Program-made: the position numbers and the translations under genes | DNA from: Thermoanaerobaculia bacterium | Lineage (GTDB): Bacteria; Acidobacteriota; Thermoanaerobaculia; UBA5066 | Length of the DNA: 64,000 nucleotides | Direction of reading: 5' to 3' | Assembly: GCA_963719225.1 (NCBI GenBank) | Contig: CAVRAY010000001.1 | Span: forward strand, 288,001-352,000 | The notes under the pieces: generated by a model | The model's input: the letters and a program-made list of their open reading frames with translations, nothing else | What the model was told of the DNA's origin: nothing | Database searches by the model: none | Part shown: one piece after another, positions 8,434 through 20,618 of the stretch | How positions within the stretch are numbered: the first letter of the stretch is position 1 | Layout of the letters: every line of letters begins with the position of its first letter

Positions 8434-9930
8434 ATGAGACTCGGGGTCGACTTCGGCACCACACACACCGTCGTCACGGTCGTGGATCGCGGCAACTATC
8501 CCGTCGTCTCGTTCGACGGCGGCGACTTCGTGCCCTCGCTCGTGGCGGTCAGGGACAGGACGGGCGAGCGGCGCTTCGGCTGGGGAGCGTTCGCGGTGCG
8601 GCACGAGCCCGGCTGGACGGTCGTCCGGTCGCTCAAGCGCGCGCTCGACGCCGCCGGCCCCCAGACGAGCGTTGCGATCGGCTCCTGGCGCCTGTCTCTC
8701 CTCGACCTCACCTCCGGCTTCTTCTCCGCCCTCCACCGCGAGCTCGTCGAGCGGTCGAACGCGGGGCTGACGGCCGATGAAACGCTTCACGCCGCCGTCT
8801 CGGTGCCCGCGAACGCGACGACGGCCCAGCGGTTCCTGACGCTGGAGGCGTTCAAAGCCGGCGGCTTCGAGGTGGAGGCGCTCCTCAACGAGCCCTCGGC
8901 CGCGGGCTTCGAGTACGCGCACCGCACCCGGCGCGCGGATCCGAAACGCGAGCACCTCGTCGTGTACGACCTCGGGGGAGGCACGTTCGACGCTTCGCTT
9001 CTCAGGATGACGGGAAGGACGAACGAGGTCGTCGCCACCAACGGCGTCCGCCGGCTCGGCGGCGACGATTTCGACGAGGCGATCCTCGCTCTCGTTCTGG
9101 ACCGGGCCGGGGTGGGCGCGCTCGACGAGGCGTCCCGGGCCCTCCTCCTGGAAGAATGTGCGCGCCAGAAAGAGAACCTCTCTCCGAATACGCGCCGCGT
9201 CCTCGTGGACCTCGCGGCGATCGGCAAGGAGCCCCTCGTCCTGCCCGCCGACGAGATCTACGCGGCCTGCGCTCCGCTGGTCCAGGCCTCGATGGAGGCC
9301 GTCGAGCCCCTCCTCTCGGGCTCCGACCCTGAAAGCGCGATCGCGTGGAGCGACGTCGCGGGGCTCTATGTCGTCGGCGGCGGGGGCCTTTTCCCGCTCG
9401 TGACGCGAGTCCTGAAGGAACGCTTCGGCGAAAAGCGCGTCCGCCGCTCGCCGCATCCCTTCGCCGCGACGGCGATGGGGCTCGCGATCTTCCTCGACCG
9501 CGAGGGCGGCTGGGCGCTCGAAGACAGGCTCTCGCGGCACTTCGGCGTCTTCCGCGAGAGCGAAGCGGGAAAGGACATCGCGTTCGACTCCATCTTCCCG
9601 AAGGGGACGATCGTGCCGGCGCCCGGCGAGGCGCCCGTCAACGTCACGCGCCGCTATCGCGCGGCGCACAACGTGGGCCACTTCCGGTTTCTCGAATGCA
9701 CCCGTCTCGAGGACGGTCGACCCGATGGAGACGTCACGCCCTGGGACGAAGTGCTCTTCCCGTTCGAGAGCGGACTCAGAGGCCGCTCGCTCTCCGCCGC
9801 GGACGTGAAGCGCCGCGCCGACGGGCCCGAGGTCGCCGAGACCTACACGCTGGGAAGCGAAGGAGCCGTGACCGTGACGATCACGGACGCGACGGACGGT
9901 TTCACGCGCACGTTCACGCTGAGGCGGTGA
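8434..9930 (+). CDS. Hsp70/DnaK-like ATPase family protein (non-canonical, short C-terminus)
   Basis: GVDFGTT, LNEPSAA, VYDLGGGTFD, LGGDDFD, VVGGG motifs. Confidence 0.9.
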   Translation: MRLGVDFGTTHTVVTVVDRGNYPVVSFDGGDFVPSLVAVRDRTGERRFGWGAFAVRHEPGWTVVRSLKRALDAAGPQTSVAIGSWRLSLLDLTSGFFSALHRELVERSNAGLTADETLHAAVSVPANATTAQRFLTLEAFKAGGFEVEALLNEPSAAGFEYAHRTRRADPKREHLVVYDLGGGTFDASLLRMTGRTNEVVATNGVRRLGGDDFDEAILALVLDRAGVGALDEASRALLLEECARQKENLSPNTRRVLVDLAAIGKEPLVLPADEIYAACAPLVQASMEAVEPLLSGSDPESAIAWSDVAGLYVVGGGGLFPLVTRVLKERFGEKRVRRSPHPFAATAMGLAIFLDREGGWALEDRLSRHFGVFRESEAGKDIAFDSIFPKGTIVPAPGEAPVNVTRRYRAAHNVGHFRFLECTRLEDGRPDGDVTPWDEVLFPFESGLRGRSLSAADVKRRADGPEVAETYTLGSEGAVTVTITDATDGFTRTFTLRR

Positions 9931-9961
9931 ACGAGTAGAGAAAGCCCCAGACGAAAACGCG

Positions 9962-11548
9962 TCAGCGCAAACCAAACGGCGCGCCCCGAATTCGCGCGTA
10001 CATCGTGTCGAAGACCTTCAACGTCTTCAAATTCGGGACACCATCAGTGTAAGTCGGATCGCCAAGATACAGAACCCGGTTGTCCTGAGACGTGAATTCT
10101 GGCCAGCGGGGAAGCCCGGCGCCGTTCGGACTTCCTGACTTAGCGAAGTTCGTCCAATAGCGCGACATGACGTCCGCCAGTCTCCTGTCGGCCGTGCTCC
10201 AGCGCCAATGCTCCTGGTCAAGATGATCGAACATATACCAGAGCTCGGCGTAGTGGCTCGCTCCCCAGCCTTCATGAACCGATTCCTTTGGAAATGGCGG
10301 CTTGTGCACAAAATGATAGTAATACACGGGGTTTTTGCCCCTCGTGGCCTGCAGCCGTGCCCACGCCCACATGTCCCATCCAAAGCGAAGGTCGCGTTCG
10401 AAATCGAGGCGCGCCTTCACCGCCTCTTCATCGGTGGTATGCGGATACGCGTCAAGGAGCTGCTGCGGAAGGGGACCCCATCGCTTCGTGATCCCCTCAG
10501 AGAAGCTCGAGGCGGTGACTGAGTTCAGGTCGGGGACGAGCGCACGGGCTTCGTTGGCATTCGACCCGATGAGAATTGATACATCGTGTTGCCGGCCTCC
10601 CGCAAATGCGTCATAAGGCGATTCAGGCAGCACATAGGGCTCGATCACAGGATGCGAAAGGGCCCCCACCTTCCCTGTGAGAAGGTCGCTTGCTGGCAGC
10701 GCGCGCATTTCGGCGACAGAATGCACAGGCAGCGAGGCGGCGTAGGCCTCTCCCTCGCATTCGGCGTTCGCGAGCAGAAACTTTGGCGCTAGCTGGAGGG
10801 GCTCGAACAATCCACCGCTTTGCGCGATGGCCCGTTCGAATAGACCTTTGGCGAGTGGCGACGCCATCAGGACGCTGACCGATATCGCTCCCGCGGACTG
10901 TCCGAAGATCGTCACGCGTCCAGGATCGCCACCGAACGCCCGAATGTTGCGCTGAATCCATCGGAGTGCTGCGATCTGATCCAGCAGGCCGTAGTTTCCG
11001 GAAGTGTGGTGCGGCGACTCGCGGGTCAGGTCCGGATGGGCGAGGAAACCAAATGTCCCGAGCCTGTAAGAGAAGGTGACGACGATTACGCCCTTGCGGG
11101 CCAGGCGGTCGCCCCAATAGAGCGGCATGGACGCCGAGCCGCTGGAAAAGCCTCCCCCATGAACCCAGACCATCACCGGGAGGCGCGCATGGGCGTTTTG
11201 GGCGGGCGTCCAGATGTTCAGGTAAAGGCAATCTTCGCTGATGGCCGGCGGTGTTTCGCCAGGCATGGAGACGCCGTTCTGCATACAGGCGGCCGCAAAC
11301 GCTTCCGCTTTGCGCACGTCGTTCCACGGATTGACACTCTGAGGCTCGCGCCAGCGCAGCAAGCGGACTGGCGGAGCCGCGAAGGGAATTCCCTTGTAGA
11401 CAGTCAGAGGACCGGTCCGAACGCCCCTAACGAGACCGGCATCGGTCTGCACAGCATCCGCGAGGGTTGGCAGCGGGGCCAGCATCAAAGCAGTCATTAG
11501 AGCCGCTGTAGGTATCAAGGTCTCACCTTCGGTGCGAACGGATTTCAT
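9962..11548 (-). CDS. Type-B carboxylesterase (PnbA-like), secreted
   Basis: KGIPFAAPP, SEDCLYLNIW, HGGGF, GNYGLLDQ, FGQSAG (catalytic Ser). The real start at 11548 overlaps the upstream stop (TGATG); the track ORF is over-extended. Confidence 0.93.
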   Translation of the reverse strand: MKSVRTEGETLIPTAALMTALMLAPLPTLADAVQTDAGLVRGVRTGPLTVYKGIPFAAPPVRLLRWREPQSVNPWNDVRKAEAFAAACMQNGVSMPGETPPAISEDCLYLNIWTPAQNAHARLPVMVWVHGGGFSSGSASMPLYWGDRLARKGVIVVTFSYRLGTFGFLAHPDLTRESPHHTSGNYGLLDQIAALRWIQRNIRAFGGDPGRVTIFGQSAGAISVSVLMASPLAKGLFERAIAQSGGLFEPLQLAPKFLLANAECEGEAYAASLPVHSVAEMRALPASDLLTGKVGALSHPVIEPYVLPESPYDAFAGGRQHDVSILIGSNANEARALVPDLNSVTASSFSEGITKRWGPLPQQLLDAYPHTTDEEAVKARLDFERDLRFGWDMWAWARLQATRGKNPVYYYHFVHKPPFPKESVHEGWGASHYAELWYMFDHLDQEHWRWSTADRRLADVMSRYWTNFAKSGSPNGAGLPRWPEFTSQDNRVLYLGDPTYTDGVPNLKTLKVFDTMYARIRGAPFGLR

Positions 11549-13611
11549 CAGGGCGTACTTCGCACGATCGAGGCCTGAGCAGACACCAGATCCTCGATCC
11601 TCAGGACGAGGAGCGTCCGGTCGTCCTCGGTGTCGGGACGGTCCGTGAAAGCACGCTGCGCCTGGAGGATCCGGTCCTTCAAGGCGGCCGCGCTCTCCGC
11701 CTGGCCGGCGCGCAGCACTTCCTCGAGGCGCGCGAAGCTCCAGGACTCGTCCGACCCCGCGCGTGTGGCCTCGACGAGGCCGTCCGAGAAGATGACCCAG
11801 AAGTCGCCGGGCACGAGGGGAGTCGTGACCGTGTGCCAACCGCCGTAAAGACCGAGGCCGAGCGGGCGGGCGGGATTCACAAGCGCCTCGACCGTTCCGT
11901 CCCGGCACACGCGGTACGGATAAGGGTGTCCGGCGTTCGTGTAGGCCACCGTCCCGTTCGCGAGGTCGAACACGAGATGCGCGAGGGTCACGAACGTCCG
12001 CCGTTCGGTCGTCCGGACGATCTCCTCGTGGAGCAGCTCCATGAGACGGACACCGCCTGCGCCTGTCCGGGCCAGCATGCCGAGGGACGCCTTCGCGGCG
12101 GCCATCACGAGCCCCGTCGGCAAACCGTGACCCGACACGTCGGCCATGCACACGGTGAGGACGTGTTCCGCGTACGAGAGATCGTAGAAGTCGCCTCCGA
12201 TGGCGGCCGCGGGCGCGAAGTCCACGGCGATCCCGACGCCCGGGCACGCGAAGTCCGCGGGGGGAAGGAGGCGCCGCTGGAGGTCGCGTGCGACGGTGAG
12301 CTCGCGCTCGAGGGCCTCCTTCTCGGCCTTCTCCGCGACGCTCGCGCCGAGATGCGCGGCCATCGCGTTGAAGCTCGCGACGAGAGCCGCGAGCTGATCC
12401 TGACCCTTGAAGACGACGCGATGCGCGAAGTTCCCCTTCTCGATCTCGCGGAACCCCGTCGAGAGCCGCCGGGTGGCGCGCGCGATCCGATAGACGAGAA
12501 GACCGGCGAGGAGAGAGGCTCCCGCGAAGATCACGAGGGTTGCGATCCCGAGCCCGCCCATGACGCCGAGGACGACGCGGCTCAGCTCGAGGCGCTCGGA
12601 TCCGGCGACCTTGAGGTCTCCGAAGAGCGCGCGCGCCTCCCGCTCGAGCGAAGACCGCGCGAGGATGAGGACGGGGCGGCCCGCGAGCGGCTTCCCCGTC
12701 TCCCAGCCGAGGACGGGCTCGGACAGGAAGAGCGGAAACGCGGTCCAGCGCGCGGACCACGGGCCCGAGCCCGCAGGCGGTGCCGCCGTTTCGCCCGGCT
12801 TCGCTTCCTCGCCGCCGGAGTCCGGTGCGCTCTCGATGTTCGTCGTCCTGCCCTTCTTGCCCGTGTCGAGCGAGAAGCGCACGCCGCCCTTGCCGACGTT
12901 GACGGGCTCTTCCTTCACCCGGAAAGCCCCGTGGAACCGAACGACGTTCCCGGTCTCTTTCTCGAGCTCGCGGCGTAAAGCGGAGCGGAGCGGCAGCGTG
13001 AGAACGAGCGTGCCGTCGGGGCCCGGCTCGACGGCCGCCGCGAACACGTTCGTTCCAACCTTCGAGATGAGGGATGCGCGGGAGGTCATCCAGGGCCGCG
13101 GCGCGAGGTCCGGGGCGGCGGCGGTCCCGGCTCTCTCGACGGACCCGCCCTTCGATTGCCAAACCATCCCGATCTCGGGCAGGGTGGGCGACGCAGCGGC
13201 GGCCTCCGCGAACGCGCGTGTCCGCGCGGCAGGGTCTCGCGACTTCTCCAGACGCGGCGCCAGCTCGTGCGCAAGCGCGGCGACGGCGGCCCGTCGCCTT
13301 TCGAGGGCGGCCTCGACGCGGCGCGTCCCGAGCTGGCCCGCGACGACGAGGAGGCCCGCGTAGAAGAAGAACGTCGCGAAGACGACCGCCGAGAGAAGGA
13401 GAAGGTACGAGACGGCGAGGCGGCTCCCGACCCGCCACAGGAGGCCGCGCAGGAGGTGCCGGGCCGCGCTGACGCCGAAGACCGGGATGCCGAGGACGAG
13501 GAGGACGATGCCGAAAGAGTGGAGGCTCGTTCCGGCGCGGGCGAGCGAGACGACGATGACGCCGGCCGCCGTCAGCAGGCCGCTGACGCGAAACGTCCTC
13601 GTCGGCCTCAT
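11548..13611 (-). CDS. Membrane HAMP + PP2C/SpoIIE (RsbU-like) phosphatase
   Basis: TM segments, HAMP, GGDFYD, ADVSGHG, NAGHP, SDGLVEA, DDRT; ATG 13611 overlaps the MscS stop. Confidence 0.9.
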   Translation of the reverse strand: MRPTRTFRVSGLLTAAGVIVVSLARAGTSLHSFGIVLLVLGIPVFGVSAARHLLRGLLWRVGSRLAVSYLLLLSAVVFATFFFYAGLLVVAGQLGTRRVEAALERRRAAVAALAHELAPRLEKSRDPAARTRAFAEAAAASPTLPEIGMVWQSKGGSVERAGTAAAPDLAPRPWMTSRASLISKVGTNVFAAAVEPGPDGTLVLTLPLRSALRRELEKETGNVVRFHGAFRVKEEPVNVGKGGVRFSLDTGKKGRTTNIESAPDSGGEEAKPGETAAPPAGSGPWSARWTAFPLFLSEPVLGWETGKPLAGRPVLILARSSLEREARALFGDLKVAGSERLELSRVVLGVMGGLGIATLVIFAGASLLAGLLVYRIARATRRLSTGFREIEKGNFAHRVVFKGQDQLAALVASFNAMAAHLGASVAEKAEKEALERELTVARDLQRRLLPPADFACPGVGIAVDFAPAAAIGGDFYDLSYAEHVLTVCMADVSGHGLPTGLVMAAAKASLGMLARTGAGGVRLMELLHEEIVRTTERRTFVTLAHLVFDLANGTVAYTNAGHPYPYRVCRDGTVEALVNPARPLGLGLYGGWHTVTTPLVPGDFWVIFSDGLVEATRAGSDESWSFARLEEVLRAGQAESAAALKDRILQAQRAFTDRPDTEDDRTLLVLRIEDLVSAQASIVRSTP

Positions 13612-15239
13612 CGTTGCGAGGCGGGGGGCTGCGGCGACGTGCCGCCGGGCTCCAGGGACCGCGCTTCGGGCGCGAGGTACGTGGTCGAGGTCGGGAACGC
13701 GAAGCCGCTCCCGGCGTCCTCGACGACGCGCATGAGGGCAAGAAGGAGCTCCTCCTGTGCAGCGAGAAACGCGGCCCAGCCGGGGGCGAGGATGTATGCG
13801 AAAACTTCGACGTCGAGGGTGTAAGCGCCGAGCCTGAGGAGGCGCACGTAGAGCGTCTCCCGCTCGACCCGCGCGTCGGCGGCCATTCGCGCCCGGCTTC
13901 CCTCGAGGACGGCCCGGAGCTGGTCGGCTGTCGTATCGAATGTGAGGCCGAGCGTATGACGGAACAGGAACTTGTCCCGGCGGCTCAGGTTCTCGATCTG
14001 CGACGTCATCATCACGCCGTTCGGTATCGAGACGACGACGCGCTCGAGGGTCCGGATCCGCGTCGCGTAGAGCGTGACGTCCTCGATCCCGCCGAGGACG
14101 TTCCCGACACGGACGAAGTCGCCGACGTGCACGACCTTGTCGGAGAGGACGACGAAGCCGCCGAACAGGTTCTCGAGGCTCTTCTGCGCCGCGAACGCGA
14201 CGGCGATGCCGCCGATTCCGAGACCCGCCAGCGTCGCCGTCAGGTTCACGCCTGCGATGCCGAGGATCACGAGCGCAGTCCCGATCACCACAAGGCCCTG
14301 GAGGACCTTCCGTCCGATCGTCAGCGACGACGCGGCCGTCTGGCCGGAAGCGACGAGGCGGAGAGTCGCCCGCGAGGTCAGGAACGCGATGAGGCGGACG
14401 AAGATCCACCCGATCGCGATCGCCGCGACGATCCGGGCCGCGCGCGCGTACGAGTAGCGGCCGAGAAGAGGAAGGCCGAGCTGCGAAACGAAGAGCGCGT
14501 GGAGGAGGACGCCGATCAGAAGCGCGAACGGAGGGCGGAACGTCGCGAGCAGGCCCGTGGGGGCCGCGCCGGCCGGGCGCCGGCGGGCCGCGAGTCTCAG
14601 GAGGCCGAACGAGAGCAGCCGTGCGGAGAGCCACGCGACGGGGAGGAGGACGAAGAACGCGAGAAGCTGCCAGATGCGGAGCGCGCCTCGGACCGGACCG
14701 CGCAGGGCTGCGGGCATCAGCGAGTCGAGCGCCGGCGCGCGGAGCCCGCGGAAGGCGGCTGGGACCTCGCGGAGCGTCTGGGGGGACACGAGCCAGATCG
14801 GGGGCCCCTCGGACGGCTGCGTCCGCAGGAGGAGGACGTCGAAGGGCTCGTTCCCGTGGACGACGGTGCCCACCCGATCGAGATCGGGGGAGAGCCCGTC
14901 GTTCACGTCGCCGAGCGGCGAGCGGCTGACCTTCTCGAGATCGCCCGAGAGGCGCTCGTCGAGGACGGCCTTGAGCTGCTTGGCCATCTGCTCGGGAGAC
15001 GTGGTCGACCCCTTCGGCCACTGGAGGTACTCGGTCGCGGCGGCCCAGTTCTCACGGGCCGCGGCCCGCATGTACCCGAAGAAAGCGCCGTGCGGCGTCT
15101 CACGCTGATAGGGATCGCCGGCGGGTTCGACCGCCGCGGGCGTGGGGGACGTGACGGGCAGGAGCTGCGCGGGAGCAGGCGAAACGGGCCCCGCGAGGAC
15201 GACGGCCAGAACTTGGGCCCGAAACGGAGGACGCATCAT
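13608..15239 (-). CDS. MscS-family mechanosensitive channel with periplasmic N-terminal domain
   Basis: LAGLGIGGIAVAFAAQKSLENL, VGDFV, IPNG, FAFPTST; ATG 15239 overlaps the tag stop. Confidence 0.92.
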   Translation of the reverse strand: MMRPPFRAQVLAVVLAGPVSPAPAQLLPVTSPTPAAVEPAGDPYQRETPHGAFFGYMRAAARENWAAATEYLQWPKGSTTSPEQMAKQLKAVLDERLSGDLEKVSRSPLGDVNDGLSPDLDRVGTVVHGNEPFDVLLLRTQPSEGPPIWLVSPQTLREVPAAFRGLRAPALDSLMPAALRGPVRGALRIWQLLAFFVLLPVAWLSARLLSFGLLRLAARRRPAGAAPTGLLATFRPPFALLIGVLLHALFVSQLGLPLLGRYSYARAARIVAAIAIGWIFVRLIAFLTSRATLRLVASGQTAASSLTIGRKVLQGLVVIGTALVILGIAGVNLTATLAGLGIGGIAVAFAAQKSLENLFGGFVVLSDKVVHVGDFVRVGNVLGGIEDVTLYATRIRTLERVVVSIPNGVMMTSQIENLSRRDKFLFRHTLGLTFDTTADQLRAVLEGSRARMAADARVERETLYVRLLRLGAYTLDVEVFAYILAPGWAAFLAAQEELLLALMRVVEDAGSGFAFPTSTTYLAPEARSLEPGGTSPQPPASQR

Positions 15240-15787
15240 CGTTTGGAGAGCGTATCCCACCGCATCCAGGGAGGCCGCCGGCGGGCGATGCGGGCGGCCA
15301 CGGGGCACGAAGGCCGGTGCGCCCCCGGCAGCCAGCCCGTCGACACGAGGAACTCGTTCACGATTTCTCCTCCCGTGAAACGGAACGTGGCCCGAAAGAG
15401 TTTCACCCACTGGTCCTTCGAAAGAGGATGGTGGGCGTCGATCCACGCAGCGAAAGAGCCGTGACTCTTCCGGAGCGCGAGGAGAACCGCTGCGTTGTGG
15501 ACGACGGCCTCGACCTTGAGGCGGTTCCGGACGATCCCGGCGTCGGCGAGCAGGCGCCTCTTCTCCCGGGCGCCGTAGCGCGCCACGACCTCCGGATCGA
15601 AGCCGGCGAACGCAGCGCGAAAGTTCTCCCGCTTCCTGAGGATCGTCGCCCACGAAAGGCCCGCCTGGTTGATCTCGAGCGCGAGGCGCTCGAGGAGCTC
15701 CGAGTCCTTCCTCAGCGGAAACCCGTATTCGCGGTCGTGATACGGCCCGTGCAGGGGATCGCCGGGCGCGAAGTCGCAATAAGACAT
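15236..15787 (-). CDS. tag: DNA-3-methyladenine glycosylase I
   Basis: YHDREYG, LEINQAGLSW.TIL.KR, IVRNRLK, GAH..C. Confidence 0.93.
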   Translation of the reverse strand: MSYCDFAPGDPLHGPYHDREYGFPLRKDSELLERLALEINQAGLSWATILRKRENFRAAFAGFDPEVVARYGAREKRRLLADAGIVRNRLKVEAVVHNAAVLLALRKSHGSFAAWIDAHHPLSKDQWVKLFRATFRFTGGEIVNEFLVSTGWLPGAHRPSCPVAARIARRRPPWMRWDTLSKR

Positions 15788-15851
15788 GGGGAAGCCATTC
15801 TCGCGCGCCTCGCGGCGTCCGCAAGAGCTTCAAGCAGGCCGGGAGCGGACG

Positions 15852-16862
15852 CTAGATCGCGGCGGGCTCCGTGAGCTTGTAGCTCTGGAGGACGCGCGCG
15901 TAGTTCGCGCGCTCGTAGGCCGCGGGATCCGGGCAGGACAGGAGGCTCATGCTGCCTCTCATCTGGGCCAGCGATTCGTATTCGTGCTCTTCCAGGAACC
16001 GCGTGACGTCCGCGCGCACCTCGGCCAGCGCCTTCGGGCCGCGCAGGAGGAGCGCCGAGACCATCTGGACGGCGTCGGCTCCGGCCATGATCGCCTTGAC
16101 CGCGTCGCGCGCGTCGTGGACCCCGCCCGTCACCGCGAGGGACGCCTTCACGCGGCCCGAGAGCATCGCGAGCCACCGGAGCCGGAGGAGCAGCTCGTCG
16201 TGCGTCGAGAGCCTGAGCGAGGGCGTGACGTCGAGCGTCTCGGGATCGATGTCGGGCTGGTAGAAGCGGTTGAAGAGGACGAGCCCGTCCACGCCCATCC
16301 CGTCGAGCTCGGCCGCGAACGAGCCGAGGGAGGAGAAGAACGGCGACAGCTTCACGGCGACGGGGATCCTCACCGCGCTCTTGACGGACCGCACGATTTC
16401 GAGGAAACGCCTCTCGAGCGAAAACCCGGGCTCGCCCTCGTGCGCGCCGAGATCGTAGAGGTTCAGCTCGATCGCGTCGGCCCCCGCGAGGGCGATGCGG
16501 GTCGCGAACGTGACCCATCCCCCCGGCGTCGCGCCGTTCAGCGAGGCGATCACGGGAATCCGCACGGCTTTCTTGAGACGCTGGATCTGGTCGAGGTAGC
16601 GCTCGGGGCCGAGCAGGAACGCCTCCGGCTCCGGAAAATACGTCAGGGCTTCCGGATACGAGCCCGAGATGATCTCCATCTGCCGGATCGTCCCGACCTC
16701 TTCGCGCGTGATCTGCTCTTCGAACAACGAATGCATGACGATCGCTGCCGCGCCGGCGTCCTCGAGGCGGCGCACGAGGTCCAGGTCGTCGACCATCGGC
16801 GAGGCGCCCGGCATGAACGGGTGGGGAAGCGTGAGGCCGAGATAGCGGGTCGTGAGGTCCAT
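15852..16862 (-). CDS. Dihydroorotate dehydrogenase-like flavoprotein (PFOR-associated)
   Basis: DLTTRYLGL, SLFEEQI, IPVIASLNG, VAVKLSPFF, LFNRFYQPDID. Confidence 0.9.
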   Translation of the reverse strand: MDLTTRYLGLTLPHPFMPGASPMVDDLDLVRRLEDAGAAAIVMHSLFEEQITREEVGTIRQMEIISGSYPEALTYFPEPEAFLLGPERYLDQIQRLKKAVRIPVIASLNGATPGGWVTFATRIALAGADAIELNLYDLGAHEGEPGFSLERRFLEIVRSVKSAVRIPVAVKLSPFFSSLGSFAAELDGMGVDGLVLFNRFYQPDIDPETLDVTPSLRLSTHDELLLRLRWLAMLSGRVKASLAVTGGVHDARDAVKAIMAGADAVQMVSALLLRGPKALAEVRADVTRFLEEHEYESLAQMRGSMSLLSCPDPAAYERANYARVLQSYKLTEPAAI

Positions 16863-16872
16863 CGTCGTCTCC

Positions 16873-20493
<3,621 letters not shown>

Positions 20494-20618
20494 GAGAGCC
20501 TCCCTTTTTCGACCGGCCGGCCGGGGGCCCATCATGGAATTCAGAGACGAATTCCCGGAATGATGCCGATGTATCACATAGGCGAGACAGGGTTTACGTT
20601 ACGGAGCGTCCTGCCGAG

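Noticed and set aside
9962-15833. Track ORFs of 1259, 1157 and 741 aa suggesting giant fusions
   Set aside because: The N-terminal parts are off-frame read-through of the upstream genes. Real starts at 11548, 13611 and 15239 overlap the preceding stops.
20560-20582. Possible CRP/FNR-family site upstream of nifJ (TGCCGATGTATCACA)
   Set aside because: Only one good half-site and the spacing is off by one.
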